From the sequence record SRR31156797_7944: DNA of 64,000 nt, one strand, 5' to 3'. The notes beneath the pieces are model-generated. The model saw nothing but the letters and a program-made list of their open reading frames with translations. It ran no database searches and was not told where the DNA came from. A program made the translations under genes and the position numbers. Below are positions 45,361 to 55,486 of this stretch, piece by piece; positions within the stretch are counted from its first letter, which is position 1; each line of letters starts with the position of its first letter.

Positions 45361-45437
45361 TTCTTTTTTACTCCTTAATATCTTGAAGTCTGCCGGACTA
45401 TGGGGGCTCCGCTGAGGCCATGGTTCCGACAGAGGGT

Positions 45438-46466
45438 TTAATAGCTGAGCTCTGTTATCTCAGATACCTTCACGGGGCGGTTCTCCGCGGCCGAGCGTTT
45501 GGCCGCCTCGGCGATTACGACCGATATCAGCCCGTCGAAGCCTCTCACCGGAACCTCGGTCCCCTTCCTGATAGCGTCGAAAAACCATATCTTCTCCTCG
45601 GTGAACGCAGCCATATACCTTTCCAGGAAAAAGTACTTGGGCTTTTCCGAAAGGATGCCCTCTTCCGAGCTGATCACGGCGGTGGAGAGGGTGTCGTTGC
45701 CGATGGCTACGGCCCCCTTGCTGCCGAAGGCCTCCACCCGCTGATCATAGCCGTAGACGGCCTTTCTGCTGGCGTCGATCACGGCGATGGCCCCGTTCTC
45801 AAACCTCAGGGTCACCACGGCGGTGTCATAGTCCCCGGCCTTGCCGATCTCCTCGTCGATGCGGACGTCCGCCGCGGCGAAGACCTCGGTGACCTCGCTG
45901 CCCGTCAGGAAGCGGGCCATGTCAAAGTCATGGACGATCATATCGCAGAAGATCCCGCCGGAAACCTTTACGTACTCCACCGGAGGGGGAGAGGGATCCC
46001 GGGAGGTGATCTTCAGGATATGCACATCCCCCACCTTACCGGCGTCTATGGCCGCCTTGACCGAGGCGAAGTTATGATCAAAGCGCCTGTTGAAGCCGAC
46101 CTGATAGATAACGCCCGACTCTCTGACAACCTTCAGGGTCTCCTTGATCTTGTCGATGTCCAGGTCCACAGGTTTTTCGCAGAACACATGCTTGCCCGCC
46201 AGGCAGGCTTCCCGGGACAGGGGCGAATGGGTATCCGTCGAGGAACAGATAAACACCGCCTCGATCTCGGGATCGTCGATGATCTCCCTATGGTCTTTGC
46301 AGACCTTCTGAACGCCCAGGCTCTTCATCAGGGCGGCGGCCTCATCCGTCAGGTAGGGATCGGCCACGGTCTTGATGGTGACGCCGGGGATCTCATAGGC
46401 GATGCTTTTGGCATGCACCTGCCCTATCCTTCCGGCGCCGATGATTCCGACAACAATATCTGCCAT
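45438..46466 (-). CDS. iolG: Inositol 2-dehydrogenase
   Basis: 'GAGRIG..H', 'CEKP', 'GFNRRFD', 'YGYDQRVE', 'FFLERY' motifs. Confidence 0.9.
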   Translation of the reverse strand: MADIVVGIIGAGRIGQVHAKSIAYEIPGVTIKTVADPYLTDEAAALMKSLGVQKVCKDHREIIDDPEIEAVFICSSTDTHSPLSREACLAGKHVFCEKPVDLDIDKIKETLKVVRESGVIYQVGFNRRFDHNFASVKAAIDAGKVGDVHILKITSRDPSPPPVEYVKVSGGIFCDMIVHDFDMARFLTGSEVTEVFAAADVRIDEEIGKAGDYDTAVVTLRFENGAIAVIDASRKAVYGYDQRVEAFGSKGAVAIGNDTLSTAVISSEEGILSEKPKYFFLERYMAAFTEEKIWFFDAIRKGTEVPVRGFDGLISVVIAEAAKRSAAENRPVKVSEITELSY

Positions 46467-46477
46467 TCCGTCTTCTC

Positions 46478-48340
46478 CTAGTACTGCTTGATCTCAGCAG
46501 ACTTTTCCCTGATCTTCCGGGCCGCTTTTTCTACCTCGTCATGGGAAGAAACCTCGGCGGTTCCGACCCTCCACCAGGCCTCGTAGCCCTCTGTCATGGT
46601 ACCGGGAAGGACCTTGATATCCAGCAGGTTCAGGGTGTCCGACGTCTTCAGTTCGGGGAATACCGCCTTCAGTTCGTCCATGGTCCCGGCTTCAAACCCC
46701 TTGGCGCCGTAGGCATTGGCCAGGGCCGCGAAGTTGATGGGCAGGCACTCACCGGTCAGTCTGTCGGTTGCGCTTTCCCTGTAGCGGAACTCATTGCCGA
46801 AGCTGGGAATTCCCTGGCTTCTCTGGAGGTTGTGTATACACTGGAATCCGCTGTTGTCCAGGAGGACGATGTTGATCTTGATGCCCTCCTGCAGAGCCGT
46901 AACCAGCTCGGTGTGGAGCATCAGGAATCCGCCGTCTCCCACGAGGCAGTAGACCTCCTTGTCGGGCTCGGCGATCTTGGCGCCGATGGCGCCGGCGATC
47001 TCATACCCCATACAGGAGAAGGCGTATTCGGCGTGATAGGCGTTGTGGGAGTTGGTATTCCATACCCTCTGGCAGTCGCTGGGGAGGCTTCCGGAGGCGC
47101 ATACGACGATGGCGTCCTTCTCGCAGAGCTCGCGGCTGAGCGCGCCCAGGACGGTGGACTGGGCCAGCCCCTCTTCGGGTTCGATGCTGAAAAGCCTGTC
47201 CAGCTCGGCGGCCCACTCGGAGCGCGCGTCCCCGATCTCGCTCTTGTAGCCGGACTTGTATCCCCGCTTCTTCAGTTCCGCCCTCAGCTGCCGAAGGGCC
47301 AGTTTGGCATCGGCAAAATAGGGCTCGGCGTCCATCTTGTGGGCGTCCATCTCATTGATATTGATGGTGACCATGGCCGAATCGTACTTGTAGGCGGACT
47401 TGGATGAGGTACAGAAGTCGTTCAGTCTGGTCCCGATTCCCAGGATAAGGTCCGCATCCTTGGCGATCTTGTTGGCGGCCAGAGTACCGGTGACTCCGGC
47501 CCCTCCCAGGTTGTACTCATTGTCGGCGGGAAGGGTGCTCTTTCCGGCCTGTGTCTCGCCGAAGGGGATATTGAACTCGCTGCAGAAGGCCTTCAGCTCC
47601 TCTCCGGCCTCGGAGTACTTCACGCCGCCTCCGCAAATGATAAAGGGTTTCTTCCCGGCTTCGATCCTGTCGGCCAGGCGCTGGAGCGAGCCCTCGTCCA
47701 GACAGCGGCGCTGGTTGTAATGAACCCTCTTTCGGAAGAACTCCACGGGGTAGTCGTAGGCCTCGCCCTGAACGTCCTGGGGCAGACAAACCGTAACGGC
47801 CCCCGTCTCGGCGGGATTGGTCAGGACGCGCATGGCGTTGATCATGGCGAGCATCAGCTGCTCGGGACGGGTGACCCGGTCCCAGTACTTGCTGACGGGC
47901 TTGAAGGCGTCGTTGGCCGTGATATTGTGGTCGTAGCTCTGCTCGATCTGCTGCAGAACGGGATCGGGCTGTCTGTTGCCGTAGGAATCGGCGGGCAGGA
48001 AGAGCACGGGGATCCTGTTGGCCGTGGCCGTACCGGCGGCGGTGACCATATTGAGGGCGCCGGGACCGATGGAGGAGGTGACCGCCATGATCTGGCGTCT
48101 CTTCTTCTGCTTGGCGAATCCCATGGCGATGTGGGCCATGCCCTGCTCGCTCTTGCCCTGGATGAACTTGAGGGAGTGGCTCCTGTCCTCAAGGGCCTCG
48201 CCCAGCCCCACGACGATGCCGTGACCGAAGATCCCGATGACGCCGTCGACGTACTTGATCTCCTCACCGTCGATGTTCAGGTACTGGTTATCCAAAAATT
48301 TCACTAAAGCCTGTGATGTGGTCAATCTTATCGTTTTCAT
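46478..48340 (-). CDS. iolD: 3D-(3,5/4)-trihydroxycyclohexane-1,2-dione acylhydrolase
   Basis: 'GIFGHG', 'TSSIGPGA', 'RQPDPVLQQ', 'EYAFSCMGYE' motifs. Confidence 0.95.
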   Translation of the reverse strand: MKTIRLTTSQALVKFLDNQYLNIDGEEIKYVDGVIGIFGHGIVVGLGEALEDRSHSLKFIQGKSEQGMAHIAMGFAKQKKRRQIMAVTSSIGPGALNMVTAAGTATANRIPVLFLPADSYGNRQPDPVLQQIEQSYDHNITANDAFKPVSKYWDRVTRPEQLMLAMINAMRVLTNPAETGAVTVCLPQDVQGEAYDYPVEFFRKRVHYNQRRCLDEGSLQRLADRIEAGKKPFIICGGGVKYSEAGEELKAFCSEFNIPFGETQAGKSTLPADNEYNLGGAGVTGTLAANKIAKDADLILGIGTRLNDFCTSSKSAYKYDSAMVTININEMDAHKMDAEPYFADAKLALRQLRAELKKRGYKSGYKSEIGDARSEWAAELDRLFSIEPEEGLAQSTVLGALSRELCEKDAIVVCASGSLPSDCQRVWNTNSHNAYHAEYAFSCMGYEIAGAIGAKIAEPDKEVYCLVGDGGFLMLHTELVTALQEGIKINIVLLDNSGFQCIHNLQRSQGIPSFGNEFRYRESATDRLTGECLPINFAALANAYGAKGFEAGTMDELKAVFPELKTSDTLNLLDIKVLPGTMTEGYEAWWRVGTAEVSSHDEVEKAARKIREKSAEIKQY

Positions 48341-48353
48341 ACAATCTCCTTTG

Positions 48354-49190
48354 CTATTCTCTCCAACCTAAAAGTCGATATTTTTCTTCGGCCGCCGCCT
48401 GCACGGCGGCCATGGGCTTCTTCAGCAGCTTGACCCTGTCAAACTCATGGGGATTCGAAAGGACTTCCTCCTTCAGCTCCCGGCCGTAGGCCATCCTCAA
48501 AGCGGTTCCGATATTCATCTTCCCCACCCTGGTCCCGCACAGACGCCGCACGTCCTCGTCGACGATGCCCGACGTGCCGTGTATGACCAGGGGGACATCG
48601 GTGCAGTTCTCGATGGCTTCCAGACGCCCGAAATCGATCCGCGCCGACTTGGTCTGCATCCTGTGGAGCGATCCCACCGCCACGGCCAGGGCGTCCACCC
48701 CGGTTTTCTCCATAAACTCCGCGGCCTCCTCCGGAACAGTGAGGACGGACTCGACCTCCTCATTCCTGTCCGTATAGGGGACCGATCCCAGTTCGGCCTC
48801 CACGGAGACCTTAAACCTCCGGGCCTCTTTCATAACCCTTCTGGTATTCTCAATATTCTCTGCCAGAGGCAGCGCCGATCCGTCGTACATGACCGATGTG
48901 TAACCGGCTTCCATGGCACGCAAAATTGAAGCAAACGTTTTCGTATGGTCTAAATGAATAATCACGGGAACACGGCTCTCCTCCGCCAGGGAGCGGTAAA
49001 GGGCCGCCGAGCTGTTCATATCCATATGGTCCACCGCGTCCCTGTTGGACATCAGGATCACCGGCGCCCGGAAGGCCTCGGCCGCCCGTATGACCGCCAG
49101 AGCGTCCTCGTACCCGAAAACGTTGAAGCCCGGGACGACTCTGTCCTCACGGGAGGCGGCCCGGATGTAGTCGTTCATATTCGCCAGCAT
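48354..49190 (-). CDS. iolJ: Class II aldolase, probable 6-phospho-5-dehydro-2-deoxy-D-gluconate aldolase
   Basis: 'HLDH', 'SVMYDGS', 'VEAELG', 'LVIHG' motifs; between iolC and iolD. Confidence 0.75.
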   Translation of the reverse strand: MLANMNDYIRAASREDRVVPGFNVFGYEDALAVIRAAEAFRAPVILMSNRDAVDHMDMNSSAALYRSLAEESRVPVIIHLDHTKTFASILRAMEAGYTSVMYDGSALPLAENIENTRRVMKEARRFKVSVEAELGSVPYTDRNEEVESVLTVPEEAAEFMEKTGVDALAVAVGSLHRMQTKSARIDFGRLEAIENCTDVPLVIHGTSGIVDEDVRRLCGTRVGKMNIGTALRMAYGRELKEEVLSNPHEFDRVKLLKKPMAAVQAAAEEKYRLLGWRE

Positions 49191-49194
49191 GCTT

Positions 49195-50190
49195 TCAGCT
49201 CCCCTTCCCGGCCCTGTAGGCCCTGATGAAATCCCGCACCTCCGCAAGGGTCGGCATGGATTCGGAGCAGTCGGGGCTCTGCACCACGATGGCGGCGGCT
49301 CCGGCGCCCAGCTCCATCCCCTCGGCGACGCCTTTGCCGCTTAACAGGCCGTAGATCAGGCCCCCCGCATAGGAGTCTCCGGCCCCCATGGTCTTCAACG
49401 GGGTCACAGGGAACACGGCGCCCTTGACGACGCTGCCGTCCCTGTTATAGGCGACGGAGCCCTCCCGGCCATGCTTGATCACCACAAGCTCCGCATTCCA
49501 GTCGAACCATCTCTTCGCCGTCAGCTCGTCGTCCCTGTTGGCGGGCATGGAGAACTTCTCCAGCATATCGAACTCCTCCCGGGTTCCGAGAATGACATTG
49601 CTTTTCTCGGCTGCCAGGGAGAGATAGATGCCGCTCTCCTCCGCCGACTTCCAGGTATAGTCCCTGTAGTCGATATCGAGCAGCACCTTGGTGCCGTGCC
49701 TGAGAGCGTATTCCAAGGCCGCGAAGACCGCCTCTCTGGAAGGGCTCCGGGACAGAGCGGTTCCCGAAACGACCAGGAGCTTCGCCTTTCTGACATACTC
49801 CTCGTCGATGTCCTTGATGCTCAGGTTCAGGTCGGCCACGTTGTCCCGGTGAAGGATATAGCTGCTGTCTCTGGGGGAACGGATCTCCGTAAAGGCCAGG
49901 CCGCTCATCCCGCCGTCCATATCGGCCTGCAGGTGACTGGAATCTATCCCCTTGCGGTCGAAGTAGCTGCGGATAAAGCGGCCGTGCTGATCATCCGAAA
50001 CCCGCCCGATAAAACCGACCTTGAGATCATAGCGCGAGCAGGCCACGGCGATGTTCGCCGGAGACCCGCCCACCGTCTTCCTGAAGGTCATGTTCTCTTC
50101 CATGGGAACGTTCATGTCCACGGCATTCAGGTCTATCCCGGCCCTCCCGAGGGCGATGACATCGATGGTTTTGCCGTCAGCGAATTCCAT
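49195..50190 (-). CDS. iolC: 5-dehydro-2-deoxygluconokinase
   Basis: PfkB kinase; 'VGGSPANIA', 'DIDYR', 'GAGD' motifs. Confidence 0.9.
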   Translation of the reverse strand: MEFADGKTIDVIALGRAGIDLNAVDMNVPMEENMTFRKTVGGSPANIAVACSRYDLKVGFIGRVSDDQHGRFIRSYFDRKGIDSSHLQADMDGGMSGLAFTEIRSPRDSSYILHRDNVADLNLSIKDIDEEYVRKAKLLVVSGTALSRSPSREAVFAALEYALRHGTKVLLDIDYRDYTWKSAEESGIYLSLAAEKSNVILGTREEFDMLEKFSMPANRDDELTAKRWFDWNAELVVIKHGREGSVAYNRDGSVVKGAVFPVTPLKTMGAGDSYAGGLIYGLLSGKGVAEGMELGAGAAAIVVQSPDCSESMPTLAEVRDFIRAYRAGKGS

Positions 50191-50204
50191 ATCCCCTCCC
50201 CGTC

Positions 50205-51011
50205 CTATCTGTCGGGCCAGATCTTGGCGTCGGGCTCCTGGGCCCAGAGGTGCTGCTCCTCAAAGTCGGGCCCGAGGTAGGGATTCCCGTCCAGATGGCG
50301 GATCACCCACAGGAAGTACATGGCATAGCCCGGCGCGGCGACCTGGGGATGAACCAGATCGGGGGGAATGACCACCGTATCGTTCTGCTCGAGGCAGACG
50401 CCCTGATCGCCCAGCCTCAGGAGACCGAAACCGTTCTCGGGAAGGAAGCGGTAGAAGTAGATCTCGGGCTGATTATGGGAGTGGGAGGGGAATCCCGCCC
50501 ATTTCCCGGGATAGTGGACGTCCTCGCCGATCATAAAATTGGCATTCTCGTGGATGGACTTGTCCAGGATGGTCCGGACCTGTCTGGTCCCCGTTTCGTT
50601 CATGGTGCCCTTGCCGCGGACCTCGTTCCTCAGCTCGGCGCTGCCGAAGAGCTTTGAAGGAAAGGTTTTTTCGTTTGCCGTCTTGTGTACGGAAAACTCC
50701 GTATCGTCCTTCAGAGCCCTGACGGCCAGCTTCGTACCGGGAGACAGGTGCATCGTATAGGGATCGTGGTCATACAGGTTGTCCCGTTTGATCACGACGG
50801 TTTCGTCATCCCAGCTGAGCTCGGCCTCGCCCTGAAGAAGGAGAAAGATCCGTTCCAGGTCCTCATCGCTCTCAAACTCATCCCCCGAGGCCATGTTCAG
50901 AACCCCAAAGGTCATGAGCATCTCGGGATTGCTCTCTTCGGACACCACTTCGGTGTAGCCCGGCTTGAATCCCTCTTTGTTTCTGATCTTGTACTTTGCT
51001 TCCAAATCCAC
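50205..51011 (-). CDS. iolB: 5-deoxy-glucuronate isomerase (IolB/KduI cupin family)
   Basis: 'GKWAGFPSHSHNQPEIYFYRF', 'HPQVAAPGYAMYFLW' motifs; GTG start. Confidence 0.75.
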   Translation of the reverse strand: MDLEAKYKIRNKEGFKPGYTEVVSEESNPEMLMTFGVLNMASGDEFESDEDLERIFLLLQGEAELSWDDETVVIKRDNLYDHDPYTMHLSPGTKLAVRALKDDTEFSVHKTANEKTFPSKLFGSAELRNEVRGKGTMNETGTRQVRTILDKSIHENANFMIGEDVHYPGKWAGFPSHSHNQPEIYFYRFLPENGFGLLRLGDQGVCLEQNDTVVIPPDLVHPQVAAPGYAMYFLWVIRHLDGNPYLGPDFEEQHLWAQEPDAKIWPDR

Positions 51012-51015
51012 TGTA

Positions 51016-51699
51016 TTAATCCTCTGTTTTCTTCTCAATGACGCCCGGGTTCTCACGGAAACGCTTCAGCATCTCTTCCACATGCTCCACAAGGACCTTT
51101 TCTATCTTCATCGTCTTCACCGACGGCCGGTCGTCATCCCGCTTCCCGCCGGTGGTGTCATAGGCCTGGGCGATCCAGTCCACGCACATATCCGGAGGGA
51201 TGATACTGGTATCCAGTATAAGGTCGAATTCGGTACTGTTGTTGTAATCGAATCGGAAATCCGACTCCACGAAGGAGCGCCTCACCCGATCATTTTCCTT
51301 TACCATCTTTTTCGCTTCCGGCTCGGACAGGTTCTTGTCCTCCATCAGCCGGTGGATACGGCATGCCTCGGGCGCCTTGATCCGGATATTGATGACGTCC
51401 GAATAGGTATCCAGCAGACCGAAACTGCCCCGTCCGGCGATGACCACGTTGCCATGATGGGCCACCGCCATAATGACCTCGGCCAGGAAGTTGATGGTCA
51501 TCTCGCGATACACATCATAACGCTCCCACATGCCGGGCACTTTCTCATAGATATTGTCGAACTTGCTGAACCCGTACTCCTTCATGATCTTGGAGAGCTG
51601 ATTCTTGTCCACATAGTCGTAATCAAGCTTTTCGGCAAGCTTCTTTCCCACATAGGTACCCATGCTGCCGAGCTTTCTGGATATTGTAATAACTGCCAT
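51016..51699 (-). CDS. Cytidylate kinase-like family protein
   Basis: 'ITISRKLGSMG', 'VIAGRGS', 'FDLILDT' motifs. Confidence 0.8.
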   Translation of the reverse strand: MAVITISRKLGSMGTYVGKKLAEKLDYDYVDKNQLSKIMKEYGFSKFDNIYEKVPGMWERYDVYREMTINFLAEVIMAVAHHGNVVIAGRGSFGLLDTYSDVINIRIKAPEACRIHRLMEDKNLSEPEAKKMVKENDRVRRSFVESDFRFDYNNSTEFDLILDTSIIPPDMCVDWIAQAYDTTGGKRDDDRPSVKTMKIEKVLVEHVEEMLKRFRENPGVIEKKTED

Positions 51700-51791
51700 T
51701 GAAGACTCCCTGGGCTTTCATCCGGGACCGGGCCCCGGGATGAGAGAACATATCCCCCGGCCCAGCGGCCGGGAGAAAGATGCGATATACC

Positions 51792-52775
51792 TTATTTCTT
51801 TTTCTGTTTCCGGGCGTCGATCAGAACGGCGATCACGATGATGAATCCCTTCACGATCTGCTGCCAGTAGGCGTTGACGCCCAACAGGTCCATACCGTTG
51901 TTCAGAACGCCGATGATCAGAGCCCCAATGACGCAGAAGGGGATCGAACCGATACCGCCGGAAAGGGAGGTGCCGCCGATTACGGTGGAGGCGATGGCGT
52001 CCAGCTCATAGGACAGGCCGTAGGTGGGGTTACCCGCGGAGGTTCTGGCCGTCAGGATCACAGCGGCCACGGCAGTGAAGAAACCGGCCAGAGCGTAAAC
52101 CTTGACCAGGGTCTTCTCCACATTGATACCGCATATCCTGGCGGCCTGCTCGTTGCCGCCGATGGCGAACACGTGGCGGCCGAATCTGGATTTGCTCAAG
52201 AGGATATGGGCGATGATCCCCATGATCAGGTAGATCCAGATGGGGATGGGGATGCCCGCGAAGCTGCCCGTACCGATAAAGGTGAAGCTGTCCTTCAGGT
52301 CGCCCACGGGGCGTCCCTGGGTCACCAGGGCCGCCGCTCCCCTGGCCACGGTCATCATCCCCAGGGTGGCTATGAAGGGAGGGATCTTTCCGAAGGCATG
52401 GAGGGAACCGTTTATGGCGCCCATCAGAAGACCGAGGATCACAGCCGCGAGCAGACCGAGGGCTATGGGCGCCACGATGCTGAAGGACTGGTCGGGATTC
52501 ACCTTGTTCTGGGACATGGAAGCCACGACGACCGAGATCAGGGCGACCATGGAGCCGGACGACAGGTCGATACCGGTTGTGATGATGGCGAAGGTGACGC
52601 CAAAGGATATGATACCGATGATGGACACCTGGCGGATAACGTTTGTGATATTCCGGACGGACCGGAAAGCCGGGGATACGACGGACAGTATCAGACAAAA
52701 GGCTACAAAGATGACGACGATACCGTATTTACTCATAAAGGCGCCGAAGCTGGGCCTTCCTAATGCTTTCTGCAT
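51792..52775 (-). CDS. Sugar ABC transporter permease (RbsC-like)
   Basis: 'GIDLS', 'IPPFIATLG', 'AIGGNE', 'YELDAIA..VIGG' motifs. Confidence 0.9.
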   Translation of the reverse strand: MQKALGRPSFGAFMSKYGIVVIFVAFCLILSVVSPAFRSVRNITNVIRQVSIIGIISFGVTFAIITTGIDLSSGSMVALISVVVASMSQNKVNPDQSFSIVAPIALGLLAAVILGLLMGAINGSLHAFGKIPPFIATLGMMTVARGAAALVTQGRPVGDLKDSFTFIGTGSFAGIPIPIWIYLIMGIIAHILLSKSRFGRHVFAIGGNEQAARICGINVEKTLVKVYALAGFFTAVAAVILTARTSAGNPTYGLSYELDAIASTVIGGTSLSGGIGSIPFCVIGALIIGVLNNGMDLLGVNAYWQQIVKGFIIVIAVLIDARKQKKK

Positions 52776-52794
52776 GGTTTCAAAACCTCCTTGA

Positions 52795-54300
52795 TTAAAG
52801 CGATTCGCCTGTGGCGAGGGCCAGGATCTTTTCCTGGGTTGCTTCGTCCCGGCTGAGTTCGCCGGAACACTTCCCTTCGTGCATGACCATGATCCTGTCG
52901 CTTATGGCGAGGATCTCGGGCATCTCAGACGACACCATGATGATGCTCTTGCCCATCTTGGCCAGCTCACCGATGAGACGGTGGATCTCCGACTTGGCTC
53001 CCACGTCGATCCCTCTCGTGGGCTCGTCGAGGATCAGGACCTCCGGGGTCGTCAAGAGCCAGCGGGAGATCAGAACCTTCTGCTGGTTCCCTCCCGAGAG
53101 GTTCTTGATCAGCTGCTCCAGGGTAGGCGTCTTGATGGAGATGGCCTCCCTCTGCTCCTGGCAGTTCTCCCTGATCTTCTTCCTGTCCAGCAGACCGTTT
53201 TTGAGGTAGGTCCCCACATCGGGCATGATGATATTGTCCTTGATGGACAGCTCGGGGAAGATCCCCGTCAGCTTTCTGTCTTCCGTCACAAAGGCGATGC
53301 CCTGGTTGATGGCGTCGATGGGCTCATGGATCTCGACCTTCTCTCCGTCCATCCGGATCTCTCCCGATTCGGCCGGCTTGTATCCGAATATGGCCTCCAT
53401 GACCTCGGTCCGCCCGGCGCCCATCAGTCCGGCCACGCCCAGAACCTCTCCCCTTCTCAGACTGAAGCTGACGTTCTGGAATTTCTTGCCGTTGCAGAGA
53501 TCATTGACCTCCAGGACGGTCTCGCCGATGGCGGCCAGCTCTTTATGGAAGAACTCATCCATGGAACGGCCGACCATCATGCTGATCAGCCTGTCCTTAT
53601 CGAAGTTTTCGATAAGATCGGAACCGATGTACTCGCCGTCCCGAAGCACCGAGACCTCATCGCAGATAGCGAAGATCTCATCCAGTTTGTGGGAGATGTA
53701 GATGATGGCGATTTTCTTCTTCTCTTTGAGATCCCTGATAATGTCATAGAGCTTATCGATCTCTTTGTCTGTCAGTGCGGAGGTGGGCTCATCCATTATG
53801 ACCAGGTCCGCGTTATAGGATACAGCCGTGGCGATGGCTACGAGCTGTGCATTTGCAATACTGATATCAGACATCATGACGCTCGGGTCGATGTCTATTC
53901 CCAGCTCATCAAAGAGCTCTTGGGTCTCTTCAACCATCTTTTTCTGATTGATAAGATTCAAGCCTTTGGTTTTAATTACTTCCTTTCCCAGAAAGACATT
54001 ACTGGCAACCGTAAGATTGGGAACCGGACTGATTTCCTGGGGGATCATGCTGATTCCGCCGTTGATGGCATCGATGGGGCTTTTAACAGCATAAGGCTCG
54101 CCCTTGAATTTCACCTCACCTTCGTCAGGCTGATAGATGCCGTAAAGGATCTTCATCAGCGTGGACTTCCCCGCTCCGTTTTCACCCATGAGAGCATGAA
54201 CGGTCCCCTTCCTGATCGTCAGGTCTACGCCTTTCAATGCCCTTACGCCTGGAAAGGACTTGGATACCCCTTTTATCTCCAGGACATTTTCCGTACTCAT
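52795..54300 (-). CDS. Sugar ABC transporter ATP-binding protein (RbsA/MglA-like)
   Basis: GENGAGKST, LSGGNQQK, DEPTRGIDVG motifs. Confidence 0.95.
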   Translation of the reverse strand: MSTENVLEIKGVSKSFPGVRALKGVDLTIRKGTVHALMGENGAGKSTLMKILYGIYQPDEGEVKFKGEPYAVKSPIDAINGGISMIPQEISPVPNLTVASNVFLGKEVIKTKGLNLINQKKMVEETQELFDELGIDIDPSVMMSDISIANAQLVAIATAVSYNADLVIMDEPTSALTDKEIDKLYDIIRDLKEKKKIAIIYISHKLDEIFAICDEVSVLRDGEYIGSDLIENFDKDRLISMMVGRSMDEFFHKELAAIGETVLEVNDLCNGKKFQNVSFSLRRGEVLGVAGLMGAGRTEVMEAIFGYKPAESGEIRMDGEKVEIHEPIDAINQGIAFVTEDRKLTGIFPELSIKDNIIMPDVGTYLKNGLLDRKKIRENCQEQREAISIKTPTLEQLIKNLSGGNQQKVLISRWLLTTPEVLILDEPTRGIDVGAKSEIHRLIGELAKMGKSIIMVSSEMPEILAISDRIMVMHEGKCSGELSRDEATQEKILALATGESL

Positions 54301-54382
54301 ATAGACTCCCGCTTAAATAAAAGAACACTTTCCTTAAAATGGGGAGAGCCTGAACCCTCCCCAAAATCGATCTAAAAACTGA

Positions 54383-55324
54383 TTACTTGTACTCGCTCAT
54401 ATTCTCGGGAGTGACGGTTTCGAAGGGGATCCAGTCCCACTTGTCAACGCCGTTCCCCTTAACCAGGTCGTACGCGGCCTTGGCGCCGTTGTAACCCTGG
54501 GCATTCATGTTCTGGAAAACAGTCACGTCCAGCCCCTTTCCGAGGTACTCGAGGGCGTCGGGAGTGGCGTCTACTCCGCCGATAATGAGATCAGCGTCCG
54601 CGATATTGGCGCCCTGGGCGGCCAGAAGGGTTCCGATGGCCATCTCGTCGTTGTTACATACGATGGCGTCCAGATCGGCACCGCTCTGAATCCAGTTCTC
54701 GGCGACCTGCATTCCCTTGGCTCTGTCCCACTTGGCTTCCGCGTCCATAACCACTTCGATATTGTCGTACTTGGCGAAAACCTGCTTGTTTCCTTCGGTT
54801 CTCATACGGGCGGCCTCGTGTCCCAGGGGTCCCATGATGATTCCGACCTTTCCGCCTTCGGGCTGCAGGGCTTCCGCTACCCACTCGGCCTGCAGGATTC
54901 CGGCCTGGATGGACTCGGAACCTGTGTACACATCAAAGTCGTTGTGGAACTCTTCGGCGGGCATTCTGTTGGCGATGACCAGCTTCACGCCGTCGTCCTT
55001 ACACTTCTTGAAGACAGGCTTCAGAGCGGAGATGTCTACGGGAACGATAAGGATGGCGTCCACGCCCTTGACCAGAAGGGTCTCGACCTGATTCAGCTGA
55101 ACGGCCGCATCGTCTTTGGCATCGGTCATGATAACCTCTACATCCTCATGCTCGGCATCGAAAGCGCGAACGCCGTCCTGCAGGTAGGTCTGCCCCTTGT
55201 CTGAGAAGCTGCTCATCGCCGCGCCGATCTTTACGCTGCCATCATTCTGCCCCTCTGCAAAAACAGATGCGGGTACGATAAGCATAACCAGTGCGATCAT
55301 AACCAATGCGAATCTTTTACTCAT
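54383..55324 (-). CDS. Sugar (probably inositol) ABC transporter substrate-binding protein
   Basis: Signal peptide; 'NNDEMAIG', 'GVDAT', 'TVFQN' motifs. Confidence 0.88.
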   Translation of the reverse strand: MSKRFALVMIALVMLIVPASVFAEGQNDGSVKIGAAMSSFSDKGQTYLQDGVRAFDAEHEDVEVIMTDAKDDAAVQLNQVETLLVKGVDAILIVPVDISALKPVFKKCKDDGVKLVIANRMPAEEFHNDFDVYTGSESIQAGILQAEWVAEALQPEGGKVGIIMGPLGHEAARMRTEGNKQVFAKYDNIEVVMDAEAKWDRAKGMQVAENWIQSGADLDAIVCNNDEMAIGTLLAAQGANIADADLIIGGVDATPDALEYLGKGLDVTVFQNMNAQGYNGAKAAYDLVKGNGVDKWDWIPFETVTPENMSEYK

Positions 55325-55376
55325 AGTTTTCCTCCAATTTTGTTGTCATCTACGGCAGGTTTTCGCCGTAAACAAC

Positions 55377-55419
55377 CAAACGTTTGCTCTATTATTAAAC
55401 GAAAAAAACAGGCTGTCAA
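55377..55419 (-). promoter_or_regulatory. Promoter and LacI-type operator of the iol/ABC operon
   Basis: TTGACA (55419-55414), TAATAAT, then palindrome CAAACGTTTG (55377-55386). Confidence 0.6.
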
Positions 55420-55486
55420 ATTAATTCTGAGTGAATCCATCAAATTTCTGCGATCCACCCGAAGCCGGCACAGCCGTCCGGCTTCC